The position numbers and the translations under genes were made by a program. Under the pieces are notes generated by a model. That model worked only from the letters and a program-made list of their open reading frames with translations, was not told the DNA's origin and did no database searches. From Octopus sinensis (lineage: Eukaryota), in NCBI RefSeq assembly GCF_006345805.1, contig NC_043001.1, positions 55,304,001 to 55,368,000 of the forward strand: 64,000 bases of DNA. The letters are read 5' to 3'. Below are positions 53,367-64,000 of the stretch, piece after piece (position 1 is the first letter of the stretch; every line of letters starts with the position of its first letter).

Positions 53367-54606
53367 AGCTTGGGGTGAGGTTGGGAAGTTGGAATGTGGG
53401 CAGTCTGCATTGAAGGGGAACTGAGGTGTGTGAGGAATTGAGGAACAGGAGGGTGGATGTGTGCTGTGTGCAGGAGGCTAGGTGGAGGGGTCAGGGAACA
53501 AGATTTGTAGGAGTCAAGGCAAGAAGGTACAAGTTGTGGCAGTTGGGAAATAGCAAGGGGACTGGAAGTGTGGGAGTTTTGGTGAAGGAAGAAATCTTTA
53601 AGAAAGTGGTGGAGGCCAGGAGAAAGAGTGACAGTAGTGATAGCATTTAAGGAAGAAGTGGTGAGGGGGATTTGTGGGTATGGTCTGCAAAGTGGGAGAG
53701 GGATCGCCGAGAAAGAGCAGCTCTTTGATGAAATGGTGAATGAGTGGGACTTACAAAAGGTAGATGAATTGGTTTTGGGCATGGGTGATTTTAATGGACA
53801 TGTTGGGAAATGGATCCAGGGCTTTGAGAGTGTGGATGGGGAAAACAGAATTGGGGAGAGAAATGTGGAAGGAAGGATGCTGTTGGAGTTTTGTGATAAG
53901 AAAGAGATGTGTGTGGCAAACATGTGGTTAAGGGAAACAGAGAAAAGGAAGGTGACTTTCAGTGCAGGAGGGAATGAGACAGAGATTGATTTCATGTTGG
54001 TTGGCAGGAAAAACAGAAAGTATCTGAGAAATGTGAAGACAATACCAGGGGAGTTGCAGCACAGGTTGGTGGTTGCTGACTTGGATAAGAAGAAAGTTAT
54101 AGTGTGAGAAAGTGAACAGATGAGAGGAAAAAAGTGTAGAAATTGAAGTAAGAAGAAACAAGAGCAAGGTTTAAGGAGAGAGTTTGGGAATTGGTAAGCA
54201 TTGATGCACCAGATTTGTGGAAGTCTCTAAAGATGAAGTGTGTGGAAGGACGAAGGGTAGGAGAGATCGAGGAGATATGTGGTTGTGGGACGAGAAGGTG
54301 AGGGATGTGATAGCAAGGAAGAAGGAGGTGCACAAAGCTTTATGTAATAATAGGATTGAGAAAATGAAAGTCAGGTATGAAGAATCATGCAAAAAGGTAG
54401 GTTTCGAGAGCTATGAGGAAGGAGTGAGGTAGACTGAGGAAAATGTGGAGGAGGAAATTGGGATGGTTGGCTTGAGAAGGGAAGATGCCCAAAACAGAAC
54501 AAGATGGTGAGATGGTGTGAAGGCAGTTGCTATGGCATTGAGATAGATCTGGCCACCTCCGTTAACGGGGACAAAACCGGGATTTAAAACACTGGATTGG
54601 ACTGGA
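53367..54606 (+). mobile_element. RTE-type LINE with AP-endonuclease domain joined directly to the element 3' end (RT region missing)
   Basis: GSWNVGSL, VDVCCVQEARWRG, GDFNGHVG, EIDFMLV and QHRLVVADL motifs (ORFs 53426, 53628), then W.W.E.V...I..KK. Sequence jumps near 54425 to GLRREDA.NR.RW..GV and a short tail. Confidence 0.88.
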
Positions 54607-54743
54607 GATTATATATAATGTGTGTATGTACATACATATATATATACATATATATATATATGCATATATATATCATTACTCACATATATGCATATATATA
54701 TCATTACTCACATATATGTCTACGGTATAGATACGTATATATA

Positions 54744-54783
<40 letters not shown>

Positions 54784-55140
54784 GCGGGCATGGCTGTGTG
54801 ATTAGGGAGCTTGCTTCCTAGCTACATGGTTTCGGGTTCAGTCCCACTGCGTGGCACTTTGGGTAGGTGTCTTCCACTATAGCTCCGAGCCGACCGGAGC
54901 TTTCTGATTGGATTCGGTAGGTGGAAGTTACTGCCGTGTGTGTATGTGTGCGAAAGAGGGAGAGGGATATATATATATATATATGTCATAAAAACATTAT
55001 CACCTACAATAAATATCCTTATGAACACAAACACATCTGCACATTTGCTGTCACTGCTGCTACTACTACCAACACCACAACCATCACCCATACAAACAAG
55101 TTATTTCAAACATTTTTTACAGAGAGAATTTGCAACTTAC

Positions 55141-55363
55141 CTCCTTCGTTGGTGTGAACCTTAATGGGATTACTGCACTGAGAAAATACTTTGCCTCCAT
55201 ATGCACGAATGCATATCTCATACCATGTTTGACTGTAAAGGTTTTCGATAAGATACGAAGTAGCTGTTGGGTCTTGTACTGTAATTGTACGGATCTCGCT
55301 ATTGTGCTCTGAGCGCCGGTACTTTATTTTGAAACCATCTATAGCACTGTGACCTTTCATAAC
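55141..55363 (-). CDS. robo: Robo receptor exon: rest of FN3-2 (VMKGHSAIDGFKIKYRR...LYSQTWYEICIRAYGGKVFSQCSNPIKVHTNEG)
   Basis: Acceptor cattttacag, donor GAG|gtaagt, 223 nt, phase 0 to 1. Lies in ORF 55106..55390. Clear FN3 pattern. Confidence 0.95.
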
Positions 55364-56637
55364 CTGTAAAATGCAGTAGATGAAAGACATTTAATGCCTT
55401 TATCACCATATTTCTAATGGAATATAGACATTGAGCATAGGAGTGTCTTTGTAATTTTTTTAAGGATTCTGAAACAATTTCGCTTCACTAGAAATATTCA
55501 TGACATATAGTGTGTCATCTACAAAATACTGTTTTTAAATTAACCATCCTGTAGTCATTAAACAGAATATATATCATGTTTGTGTGTGCATAGTCAAAAA
55601 AAGGTAATCAATGTTTAATTTTAATTTGCAAATGTGAAAAATCTGAGGTAAAAATATTCTGATCTTGGACTGGACAGGCTTATAACATAAAGCTTAAAAA
55701 TTATTGGTCTATAAAAATTTCAATCTATTTTGAAAATATTCAAGAATTTCAAAGGATTTAGTAAAATAACTTTGTCATTATTAAGCTGGTATTTAGAACA
55801 TAACATAAAATGTTCTTATATAAAATTATGATGGAAAGCATTAATTTAAATGTAAAGTCAGGCATGTTGGTATTAAAAGGGTCAAACAGGACCACTTAGT
55901 GTAATGTTGAAATAAAAACAGGAAGTAAACAAGGAAAACAGATATTGCAAAAAAAAAAACCTAAAAAAGCTTAGTGCTGTGAAGTCAAAAGATGTACTAT
56001 TTGAGGCGGTTGTTGTTTAATCCTCTTGTCAGAATTGATCAAGCAGATTTACAATTGGAGACTTTCATGCCATAACTATCCCATCTTTTTGTACATCCAG
56101 ATTGAAGCTGTCCAATATGATATTCTTTTTTTAAGGTTTTTAAGGTTTGATTTGAAGACTTAAATGCTATTTCTAACAAGTCAAGGTGTAACGATTTCCT
56201 CATCGGCTTGGCTTCTGTGTGTGTGTGTGTGTGCATAATTTGACTATGTATCTTTGTATGTATAAGTATAACTTGTAAGTAAGTGTATACTAATGTATAT
56301 TAGTAAAACATAAATACAAATGAAAAGACTGGAAAGCCAATGTTTTTCATGAAGTTCTTTGCGATATATATTCTTCACCAAGCTACACATGCTTCCTTGT
56401 TAGCCTTGCAGTCAGAAGTTCAGTAAACTTATGACTGGCTCACTGGAAACCTGTAGCTGATGACATTATTTTTTGCAAATTGTAATACGAAATAAATAAG
56501 AAATGAGAGGCTATGATGTTTATGTGTTTCCCAAAGAACAAGAATGACACAAATGAAATAACTAGAATTGGGAATTAAAAAGATCTTTGACTAAGCTCAC
56601 AACTATCTTCAATTGTATGGCAGGTTTTTTTTTAGTG

Positions 56638-57247
56638 TGTTGTAAACCCAAACTTGAATATCAAAGTTTAAAAGGTTTCACGTACGGTCTCTCCAGAGTT
56701 TGAATTGCTTCTGAGTAATTCTCACATTCACTTATGAGTTTGTAAATGTCTTTAGCTATGTGCGCTATTAAACACCGAAGTTTGCTTTCATCAATGATAG
56801 GTGGTTCAGCAGGAAATGATTCTAAAAAAATTTTTAAAGTTCTGAACCAATATTTCCATTCTTTCGAAGCTTGATTCGAACTTGGATCAGCAGTGAACAA
56901 ATTTGGTTTTATAAATTTGCTGTCCATTTTCTCTCTTTCTCTAGCTGTATTTTTTTTTAGTTGATTATATTGTTATAAACCAAAACTCAAATATCAAAGT
57001 TTAAAAGGTTTTAATCGACTAAAAATACAGCAATATACAATACAAGCAAAGATTGCTAAATTGTAAGCAAAACCAAACTTCAACGCAATAACATTTTTAT
57101 GCAGCGAGTTGCTACATTTTCGACTAACTAAAATCCACTCTGAACATGTTGTCTGCAAACAGAACAGAACTCCACGCAGTCGCTGTGCAGGCATATAACA
57201 ACAATCGAGACAATCAAAATCACGTAATCAAAACTAAAATCACAACA
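56638..57247 (-). mobile_element. Collapsed Ty3/Gypsy LTR retrotransposon: 277-bp 5' LTR (56971-57247), truncated gag (56927 to ~56674), last 41 bp of 3' LTR
   Basis: TGTTGT...ACAACA termini. ORF MDSKFIKPNLFTADPSSNQASKEWKYWFRT...KL..LI.HI...IY.LISEC..Y.EAI..LE..YVKP resembles Gypsy Gag N-termini. 56638-56678 and 56971-57011 are identical at 37 of 41 positions. Confidence 0.8.
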
Positions 57248-57308
57248 GTGTGACATAGTATATGAAATATAATCAGTGTGTTTTTGTATGGATGTGTGTA
57301 ACACTTAC

Positions 57309-57427
57309 CTGCCAATCGACTTTGATGGCAGATGGTCCAGATGCTTCACCTTGAAGAAGGTTAACAACAATTCCTCGTAAACGCTGCTCAATTTCTTCCT
57401 GTGTGAAAATTGCACTACCTCTGCGAC
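57309..57427 (-). CDS. robo: Robo receptor exon: FN3-1/FN3-2 linker and start of FN3-2 (GRRGSAIFTQEEIEQRLRGIVVNLLQGEASGPSAIKVDWQ)
   Basis: Acceptor tgtgtacag, donor CAG|gtaagt, 119 nt, phase 1 to 0. The helical linker followed by I.V.W is typical of Robo. In frame with both neighbours. Confidence 0.92.
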
Positions 57428-58109
57428 CTGTACACAGATATAAAACATAAAGTGTATCTTTAAAAAGAAAAAGAAAGATTAAGTTATAAAAAAGAATTAC
57501 AGCAGCAGCAAAATAGCTGGTAAAGTGGGCTGAACAATAGATACTCTAAGTGTAATGATCCCACTTGATTTATGCAGATATTTCCTTGTCATTTCTGCTA
57601 TTGGAAAAGATGCAACCAATGACTGGTCCATTGAAAGTCCATAACCAATAATGCAAAATGCATGATATCAAATGAATATACAAAGATATTTATACATATC
57701 ATACACACACACATACATATATATACATGGACTGGTTGGTGTTAGGAAGGGCATCCAGCTGTAAAAGCCATGCCAAAACAGACACAGTAGCCAGGTGTAG
57801 TCTTCCATCTGGCCAGCTCCTGTCAAATAATCCAGCCCATGTCAGCATAAAAGACAGATGTATGATGATGATGATATATACATACACATACACACATATA
57901 TACACATAGACATGTGTGTATTTGATAAGTTCATTGCTTTCTATGAGTGAGGTCAATGAAATCAAATACCGCATTTGAAAAACAGTTTAGGCTGGGTAAC
58001 AGGAGAAACCTCCAATTGTAGAAAATTTTGCTCCCTGTCAGCATGGAAAAATAGACATAATGATGACAATGATGATGATAAAATGTATGCACGTGTTTAT
58101 GTTAACAGC

Positions 58110-61100
58110 GATGCAGATATAGTCGAATGGTTAATAAGTTCACTTCATAATCACGACATTAGAAGTTTAATGCCACTGTGCAGAAGAACCTTGAGCAAAT
58201 GTATTATATCATAGCCTTGGGTTGATCCAAGCCTTGTAAGTAAAACCGAGCAGACATAAATTGCATAGAAGCTTGTTGGATGTGCTGGGACTATAATTCA
58301 AATGGCTCAGCCATACTGCACATAGTAACAGTGATACAGTTTGAAGCCTGTGGAATGCTCAGTAACTGCCACTTTAACCCTTTAGCATTGGGATTACTCT
58401 GTCAAATGCCTATTTATTCGCCTTGTTTTGAATTAGTGAAATTGTAGTCATGGCTGATGCTGATGTGACATAACTAGCACCTTCACTTTCCTCTGTATCT
58501 ATATTGAGTTAGTGAGGTATGAGGCTTAATGGTTAGGGCGTTTGACTCATGGTCGTAAGGTTGTAAGTTCAATACTTGATGGTTCATTGTGTCCTTCAGC
58601 AAGACACTTTATTTCATGTTGCTCAAGTCCACGTAACTGGAAAACATGCATGTAAAAAGCAACCTTCCAACATTGGGCCTCACAGAAGCAATGCTAAGTA
58701 ACCAAGACCTTTGGCGATATACTGTGCTTGAGGAAACCCATCAAGTCAAGTTAAATTGTAGTTGAAGCTGATGCCAGTGTCACATAACTGGCATGTAAAA
58801 AGCATCCCTTACACTATTGGAGTAGTTGGTGTTAGGAAGGGCATCCAGCTCTGGAAACCATACCAAATCAGACTGGAATCTGATGCAGCTCTCCAGCTGA
58901 CTAGTTTCAGTCAAACCATCTAACCCATGCCAACATGGAAAGTAGATGCTAAACAATGATGATGATGATGATGATAATCATGCATTATTTTCCATCTTTG
59001 AAATTTCAATCATGTGATTATATATTTTTAGAATGACATTGTAGAGTAAGTGTGAGAGATGGGATCTGGCTGATCTGAGTATAAAACAAGTAAGGCATTT
59101 GGACTGGATATAGCTGGTTTAAAATGTTAAAGAGTTAATTCATTGGATAGGTAGTTCAGTGGATTAATCGAGGGGAATATTTATCATTGAATCTGATAAA
59201 AGAGGATTTATTTATTTTATTTATAGTTGAAAAGGCTTTAACTGAGAGAAAAAATTTATATCTCCTGAATAAAATGACATTTATTACTTTGTGGATCACT
59301 TTTGTAATCTCAAACATTCAGTCTACAGGGTGGTTGAGTATTCCAGAGACTACAAGAAATAGAAGGACATTGAGCAAGGAACTAAGAATTTCTTCTCAGT
59401 GTGCTACAAAAACCATTCAAAGAAACCAGAGATAGCATGCATGGGCAGACTGATGTGTTCCATGGCACAGAATGGTTTTAAAGAAACAAAAAATTAAAAC
59501 ATGGCTATCTATAAAGAAAAATATTATCAAATATATGAACATAACATGTAAAATAGGAGGAGAAATAAAAAGAAAAGAACAATAGAAACTAAAAACATAC
59601 AAAAGACAAAGCAAACATTTATACATTTGAGATTAAAATAGTCAACTAATGCTGAAATTAAAAAATAAAATGAAGGCAAATATGGCTGGAAAATAAAAAG
59701 GAAATAAGAAAAGCTACAACAGAATACAAAACAACTCCTCCTCTCCCTCTCAAAAATAATCCCTACAAAAAAAAACAAAAACTAAAAGAAACTAGTGAGA
59801 GTTAAGGCCATTTGCTAATATCTAATATCTAAACAGGACAATTAATGTATGGTTTTTGTTTTGTTATTGACTTATTTAAACTGCAAGTGTTTTGCTTTCT
59901 AATAAAGACAAATGTATTTTTGTATTGATGTAACACAAGACAAACATTGTAACATATGGATTGGGAGTAACAGATGAAAATACAGTCAAAATAAAAGAGA
60001 TGGTTTTGGGGTTTTGTTTGTGTTTTCCAACACGTTTTAAAAAATTTTATTGTTGCATAATTCATGAAATGAATAATGCAGGAAGAAGAAGGGTTGTGGT
60101 GGAAGGAGGCCAAATGAATTAACAAATGGGCATAGACATGGCTGTGAAGATAAGAAGGAGTCTACTTTGCAGTGATGTAGATTCTGGTTCAATCCTACTG
60201 AGTGTCAGCTTGAACAAGTATCTTCTATCATAGCCTTGGGTTGCCCAAAGCTTTTACAGTAAAATTTCGTAATTGGAAACTGGACATAATGCAGGTGAAT
60301 GAATGTGTGTGTGTGTGTGTGTAAATATAACATTATCATCATCAAACATGACAGCATGGAAGGTGCTTCCATAAATTGGACGTGAAATGGCAAATCAGAA
60401 GATTGCCTCAAGCGATGTCTGTTTTGGTATGGCTCCAATGATTAGATGTCCTTCCTAATGTCAACAACTTCACACAGCATGCTGGGTGCTTTTTATGTGG
60501 CACTAGCAGCAGTGAGGTCACCAAGATACTTGCAAGACAAGCTTCCCCAACTGAGTGTAAGAGAGAGTAGCACTGAGGGAGGTGGTTTTGTGTATGGTGA
60601 TGAGGAGACACACACAATCATGAAATATGATTTTTATATCTACAATGGAATTGAAAAAAAAGCACCATTTGCTTGAAAAGTAAACTTCTTAACCACACAG
60701 TCAAACAAACAATAGCATTATAAAACTATTATACATATATACAAACATTTAAACATACATATGTATAAATGCATGTGTGTGTGTGTGTGTGTGTGTGTGT
60801 TTGTGTGTAGGCAAGCCATATGACTGCGAGGTTAAAAAGCTCATTTTGCAACCATGTCGGTTCACTCCCACTGCATAGCATCCTGAGTAAGTGTCTCTTG
60901 CTATAGCCCTAGGCCAACGAATGCCTTGTGATTGAATTTGATAGATGGAAACTATGTGGAAATCTATTGTGTGTGTGTCTGTCCCCAAAGCCACTGAATG
61001 ACAACTGGTGTTGGTTCATGTCTTAAAAAATATGTACTAGGGTTGATTTGTTTGCTGAAAATCCTTCAAGGTGGTGCCTCAGTATGGTCACAGTCCAATG

Positions 61101-61120
61101 ACTGTAACAAGTAAATGTTA
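58110..61120 (+). mobile_element. Span containing degenerate family A SINE copies ~58110-58280, 60125-60320, 60810-61120
   Basis: Head and body motifs in plus orientation. Confidence 0.65.
58374..59138. mobile_element. Same piggyBac-like MITE, split by a nested family C retroposon insertion (~58436-58976)
   Basis: The left part (ttaaccctttagcatt...gttttgaatt) and right part (aatcatgcatt...aaagagttaa) are collinear with the 45595 copy. Confidence 0.65.
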
Positions 61121-61705
61121 AGATATATATATGTGTGTGTGTGTGTGTATTCTGCAAATAATTATTTTAAGCTTTAAGCCTAGAAACATTTACCATGTAT
61201 TGGCTAAAGAAAATAGTCTAATATTGGGGCATATAAGCCATCAACAAAAAAAAAATTGGCATCAGTATGCTTATTAATAGCCATTTTTTTCTGTTAATAT
61301 CAGACAATTTTCTGCAGCCAATACATGGTGAATGCTTACAAGCTTCAAAGTTTATAATTGTTATTTAGTGTCACCATTTCTTCATTAACACAGAAGATAC
61401 ACATTATGATCATCATCATCACCATCTTTTTAAAGTATACTTTTCTACATTTCCATGGGTCAGATGGAATTAACTGAGGCAAATCTTCTACAGTTACTAC
61501 CAGTTTCTGTTACCAACCCACACTTGCTTCCAAGTTTAGCAATCTATGTCTGTTCCTTAACTCATCTATCTACCTGTCTATTTCTCTACTCTGCCTGTTT
61601 ACCTATTTGACCATATTAACCCACCATTCCATTTATCTGTAAAAACAGCAACAAAACCCAGCAATCTCACATTATAGGATCTACAGTACATTGATTCTCC
61701 TAGAC

Positions 61706-61963
61706 CTGTGGTTCTCAACTGGAGTCCACGTGGTGCTTGGGGGTCTATATAAAATGTTTTGTTAAAATTTATGAGCAATAAATTGCTTATACTTCTACAA
61801 TACTCTGAATATTTGAACAATATTTTTGATACCATTTCTAATATTTAATGATAAAAATACAACAGAATTTTTTAAACATTAAATAGCTGTAGGAGTACAC
61901 TGCAGTAGAATTAGAATGAAAGGGAGTCTATGGACAAAAAAAAAAAAACAGTTGAGACCAAAG
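61706..61963. mobile_element. hAT-like MITE
   Basis: ctgtggttctcaac ... gttgagaccaaag termini. Its interior resembles another remnant at ~7480-7741. Confidence 0.6.
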
Positions 61964-62098
61964 ATCACATTTTATCCATATATTACTTCCATATTTATGA
62001 ATTTTGTAAAATGTCTAAAGTTTATGCAAAGAGAACAAGAAGAATTTTGCAAACAAAAAAAAAAAAATTCAAAGAATAGTTTCATTAGAGCAACATAC

Positions 62099-62249
62099 CT
62101 TGAGTTTCAACCATTCTAGATAAAGGACTTGGAGGACTAATACCATGGGCATTCCGAGCTCTCACCAGGAATATATAATTTCTGTTGGGTTTCAGCTTCC
62201 GCACTGTGTAACTTTCTAGTGATATGTGATCAGCTGCTGTTACCCAACC
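62099..62249 (-). CDS. robo: Robo receptor exon: C-terminal half of first FN3 domain (GWVTAADHISLESYTVRKLKPNRNYIFLVRARNAHGISPPSPLSRMVETQ)
   Basis: Acceptor ttctgcag, donor G|gtatgt, 151 nt, phase 0 to 1. FN3 signature (W...Y.V..LKP...Y.F.VRA.N..G.S.PS) closely resembles Robo FN3-1. Joins in frame to 57427. Not in the ORF track. Confidence 0.93.
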
Positions 62250-62409
62250 CTGCAGAAGTTTGAATCATTATTAAATTTATCATTATTATTATTAACAATA
62301 GTAACAGCAGCAGCAACAAAAAAGATTCTTAGCTATAAGTTCAACAGGTAAGGGCAGACACAGTGGCCATTGAAATAGCCATTTCTTTGTGTGTGTGTGT
62401 GTGTGTGTG

Positions 62410-62765
62410 CATGCCAGCTTAATTTGTCCTTAGTCGAAAGACACCTGTTGTTATGTCCTGTTATTTGAGTTTGTATTTGTGTAACATTCTCCGTTTTTTT
62501 TCTCTCCCTTGTTTTCGTATACATTCGCTGCTTTCTTCCAAAGAATCTAATGCTCTTAGCTTAGTTTTTTCTTGGGGCTGGCCATATTGGAGCAATCTCA
62601 AGTACAACCAGCTGAAATTGCAAAGATAATCTGGAACTCGACTGAGGACAGAAAACTCCAAATGACCCATCCTTGCTTTCTTTGTATCATCTGTCTGGAT
62701 GTTTTGTTGTACCTTTTTTGCATCACCTAACTGTCTGGATGTTTTGCGTTCTTGTCCCATTTTTG

Positions 62766-62770
<5 letters not shown>
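62410..62770. repeat. Interspersed repeat of unknown class
   Basis: CpG-retaining, non-low-complexity block bounded by (TG)n and (TA)n. It resembles a repeat I recall from octopus sequence; no convincing coding similarity. Confidence 0.4.
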
Positions 62771-62817
<47 letters not shown>

Positions 62818-62929
62818 TCACAGATACCATTTCTACCATCAGCAGCAATGTCTGAAGATAGTTTCAAAAGAAGTTCAACAGATGGTGAAAGAGGATGGAT
62901 ATGAAAGAAACTATACAACAGATAAGCTA

Positions 62930-63720
62930 TAAATCAGCTGTTACTACTTAGCTCTCAGATTGGCTCTGATTCAATAGAGAGACCTATGTTCAAAGGCATT
63001 CCATCTGTGACCATCATGTATTTTTCCTTTTGAGAGGGTATTCAGGGTTTATAGTACCTAATGTACATCTTTTAGTGAGACCATAGTGTGTAACTTGAGA
63101 GATATTGTTGCTATTTCTAGCATGTAGAGCACATAAAGGATTTCTTATATGTTTGACATAAAGAAATATATCACATCAAGTCTTGAAGTGATACATTTAA
63201 TATATCACATTAAAAGAGAAAAGTGTAATCTAAGGAAGATTCGGCAGCTATTTTTAGCAGAATGTATGACCTAATAGATGCTTTGTCATCCTTCTGTATA
63301 ATAATCTTTGTTTTTTAAAGACAACTGGGTTGAATTGAAGATCTGGTTTGTTTTTAAAGCATATCAAACAATCGCAAACCTTGTTTCTCCTGTTTAGAAA
63401 GTCAGTCTGTGAATTACAGTGTGATTTGGCTGTTATTTCTAGAAGAACGAATGACCTACATAACTTCCCTCTAGCTCATATATCCTGCTTTATCTGTTCA
63501 TTTTCAAGACAACAGGGTGCTCCTTGAGACAGGGAAATTTGTCTGCTATTTCTAGAATGATAAAGAACCACATAGACATTCCCACTTTTACTTGTGTACC
63601 TTGATAATTATGTCCTCTTTTTACGACAGCAGAGTGAGAGTTGAAGATTTGACTGTTATTTCTAGCCGAATGAGTGACCACCAAGAAACCTTGTTACTGG
63701 TTCATGCTTAAGACAGTGGG
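62930..63720 (+). repeat. Degenerate tandem copies of the 3' part of a SINE-like family (D)
   Basis: Motif ga(g/a)atttg(g)ctg(c/t)tatttctag recurs at ~63108, 63245, 63430, 63545, 63655. Single copies of the family elsewhere (~4085, 12040, 26720, 27690, 43490, 51800, 55990). Confidence 0.6.
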
Positions 63721-64000
63721 TTAGATATCTGGTTTAAAAACAGGTTCATAAGATCCATTCAAATGGAAAAAGGAATCTATTTTTGAAGATGCAGTAGAGC
63801 ATGTATGGGTGATAATAATGAAGATTGAAGAGACATCCTTGCTGTTGTACATTGATTGCTCTTGTGTGAAAGGATAAGGATTATCTGTCAATGAAGATTT
63901 CTTAATCAGGAAGATAATTTTATATGAAAATCAGTGAAGAGTTTTAACGGATAAAATCCTGTTTTAAATAGCTTCAAATTCACTCTTTTCTTTCACCCTT

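Larger units (their letters stand above)
47450..54960. mobile_element. Span containing family A SINE copies ~47450-47785(-), 50470-50800(-), 51395-51800(-), 52950-53350(-), 54784-54960(+)
   Basis: Same diagnostic motifs. Two copies carry short internal tandem duplications (~51681-51728, ~53221-53273). Confidence 0.75.

Noticed and set aside
53336-53995. Longest ORF (219 aa, minus strand)
   Set aside because: It is the antisense shadow of the purine-rich RTE endonuclease fragment on the plus strand.
56634-57251. Target-site duplication of the Gypsy remnant
   Set aside because: Only 3 bp (gtg) match on both sides, shorter than the usual 4-6 bp, so it is not used as evidence.

Overview
AT-rich, microsatellite- and SINE-dense eukaryotic DNA. 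The repeat families look like those I recognise from octopus (coleoid cephalopod) genomes; the species cannot be fixed from sequence alone. The whole window lies inside one large minus-strand gene encoding a Roundabout (Robo)-type receptor. Six hand-spliced GT-AG exons (62249 down to 47147) join in frame and give the C-terminal half of FN3-1, FN3-2, FN3-3 and the transmembrane segment. The Ig exons lie beyond 64000, and the CC0-CC3 cytoplasmic-motif exons were not found and presumably lie below coordinate 1. Over the remaining ~47 kb no normal-sized exon was found. Instead there is a scattered series of 9-37 nt microexon candidates (best: 31, 15, 33, 12 and 15 nt), several with UGC, branch-point or YCAY signatures. 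This suggests a combinatorially spliced juxtamembrane tail and is the most interesting signal, but it needs RNA evidence. The introns hold a decayed full-length mariner, RTE-type LINE fragments (two with endonuclease only), a collapsed Ty3/Gypsy element with a self-priming-like hairpin, hAT- and piggyBac-like MITEs, two foldback hairpins, a head-to-tail SINE array and many simple repeats. All coordinates were derived by hand; repeat boundaries are approximate.
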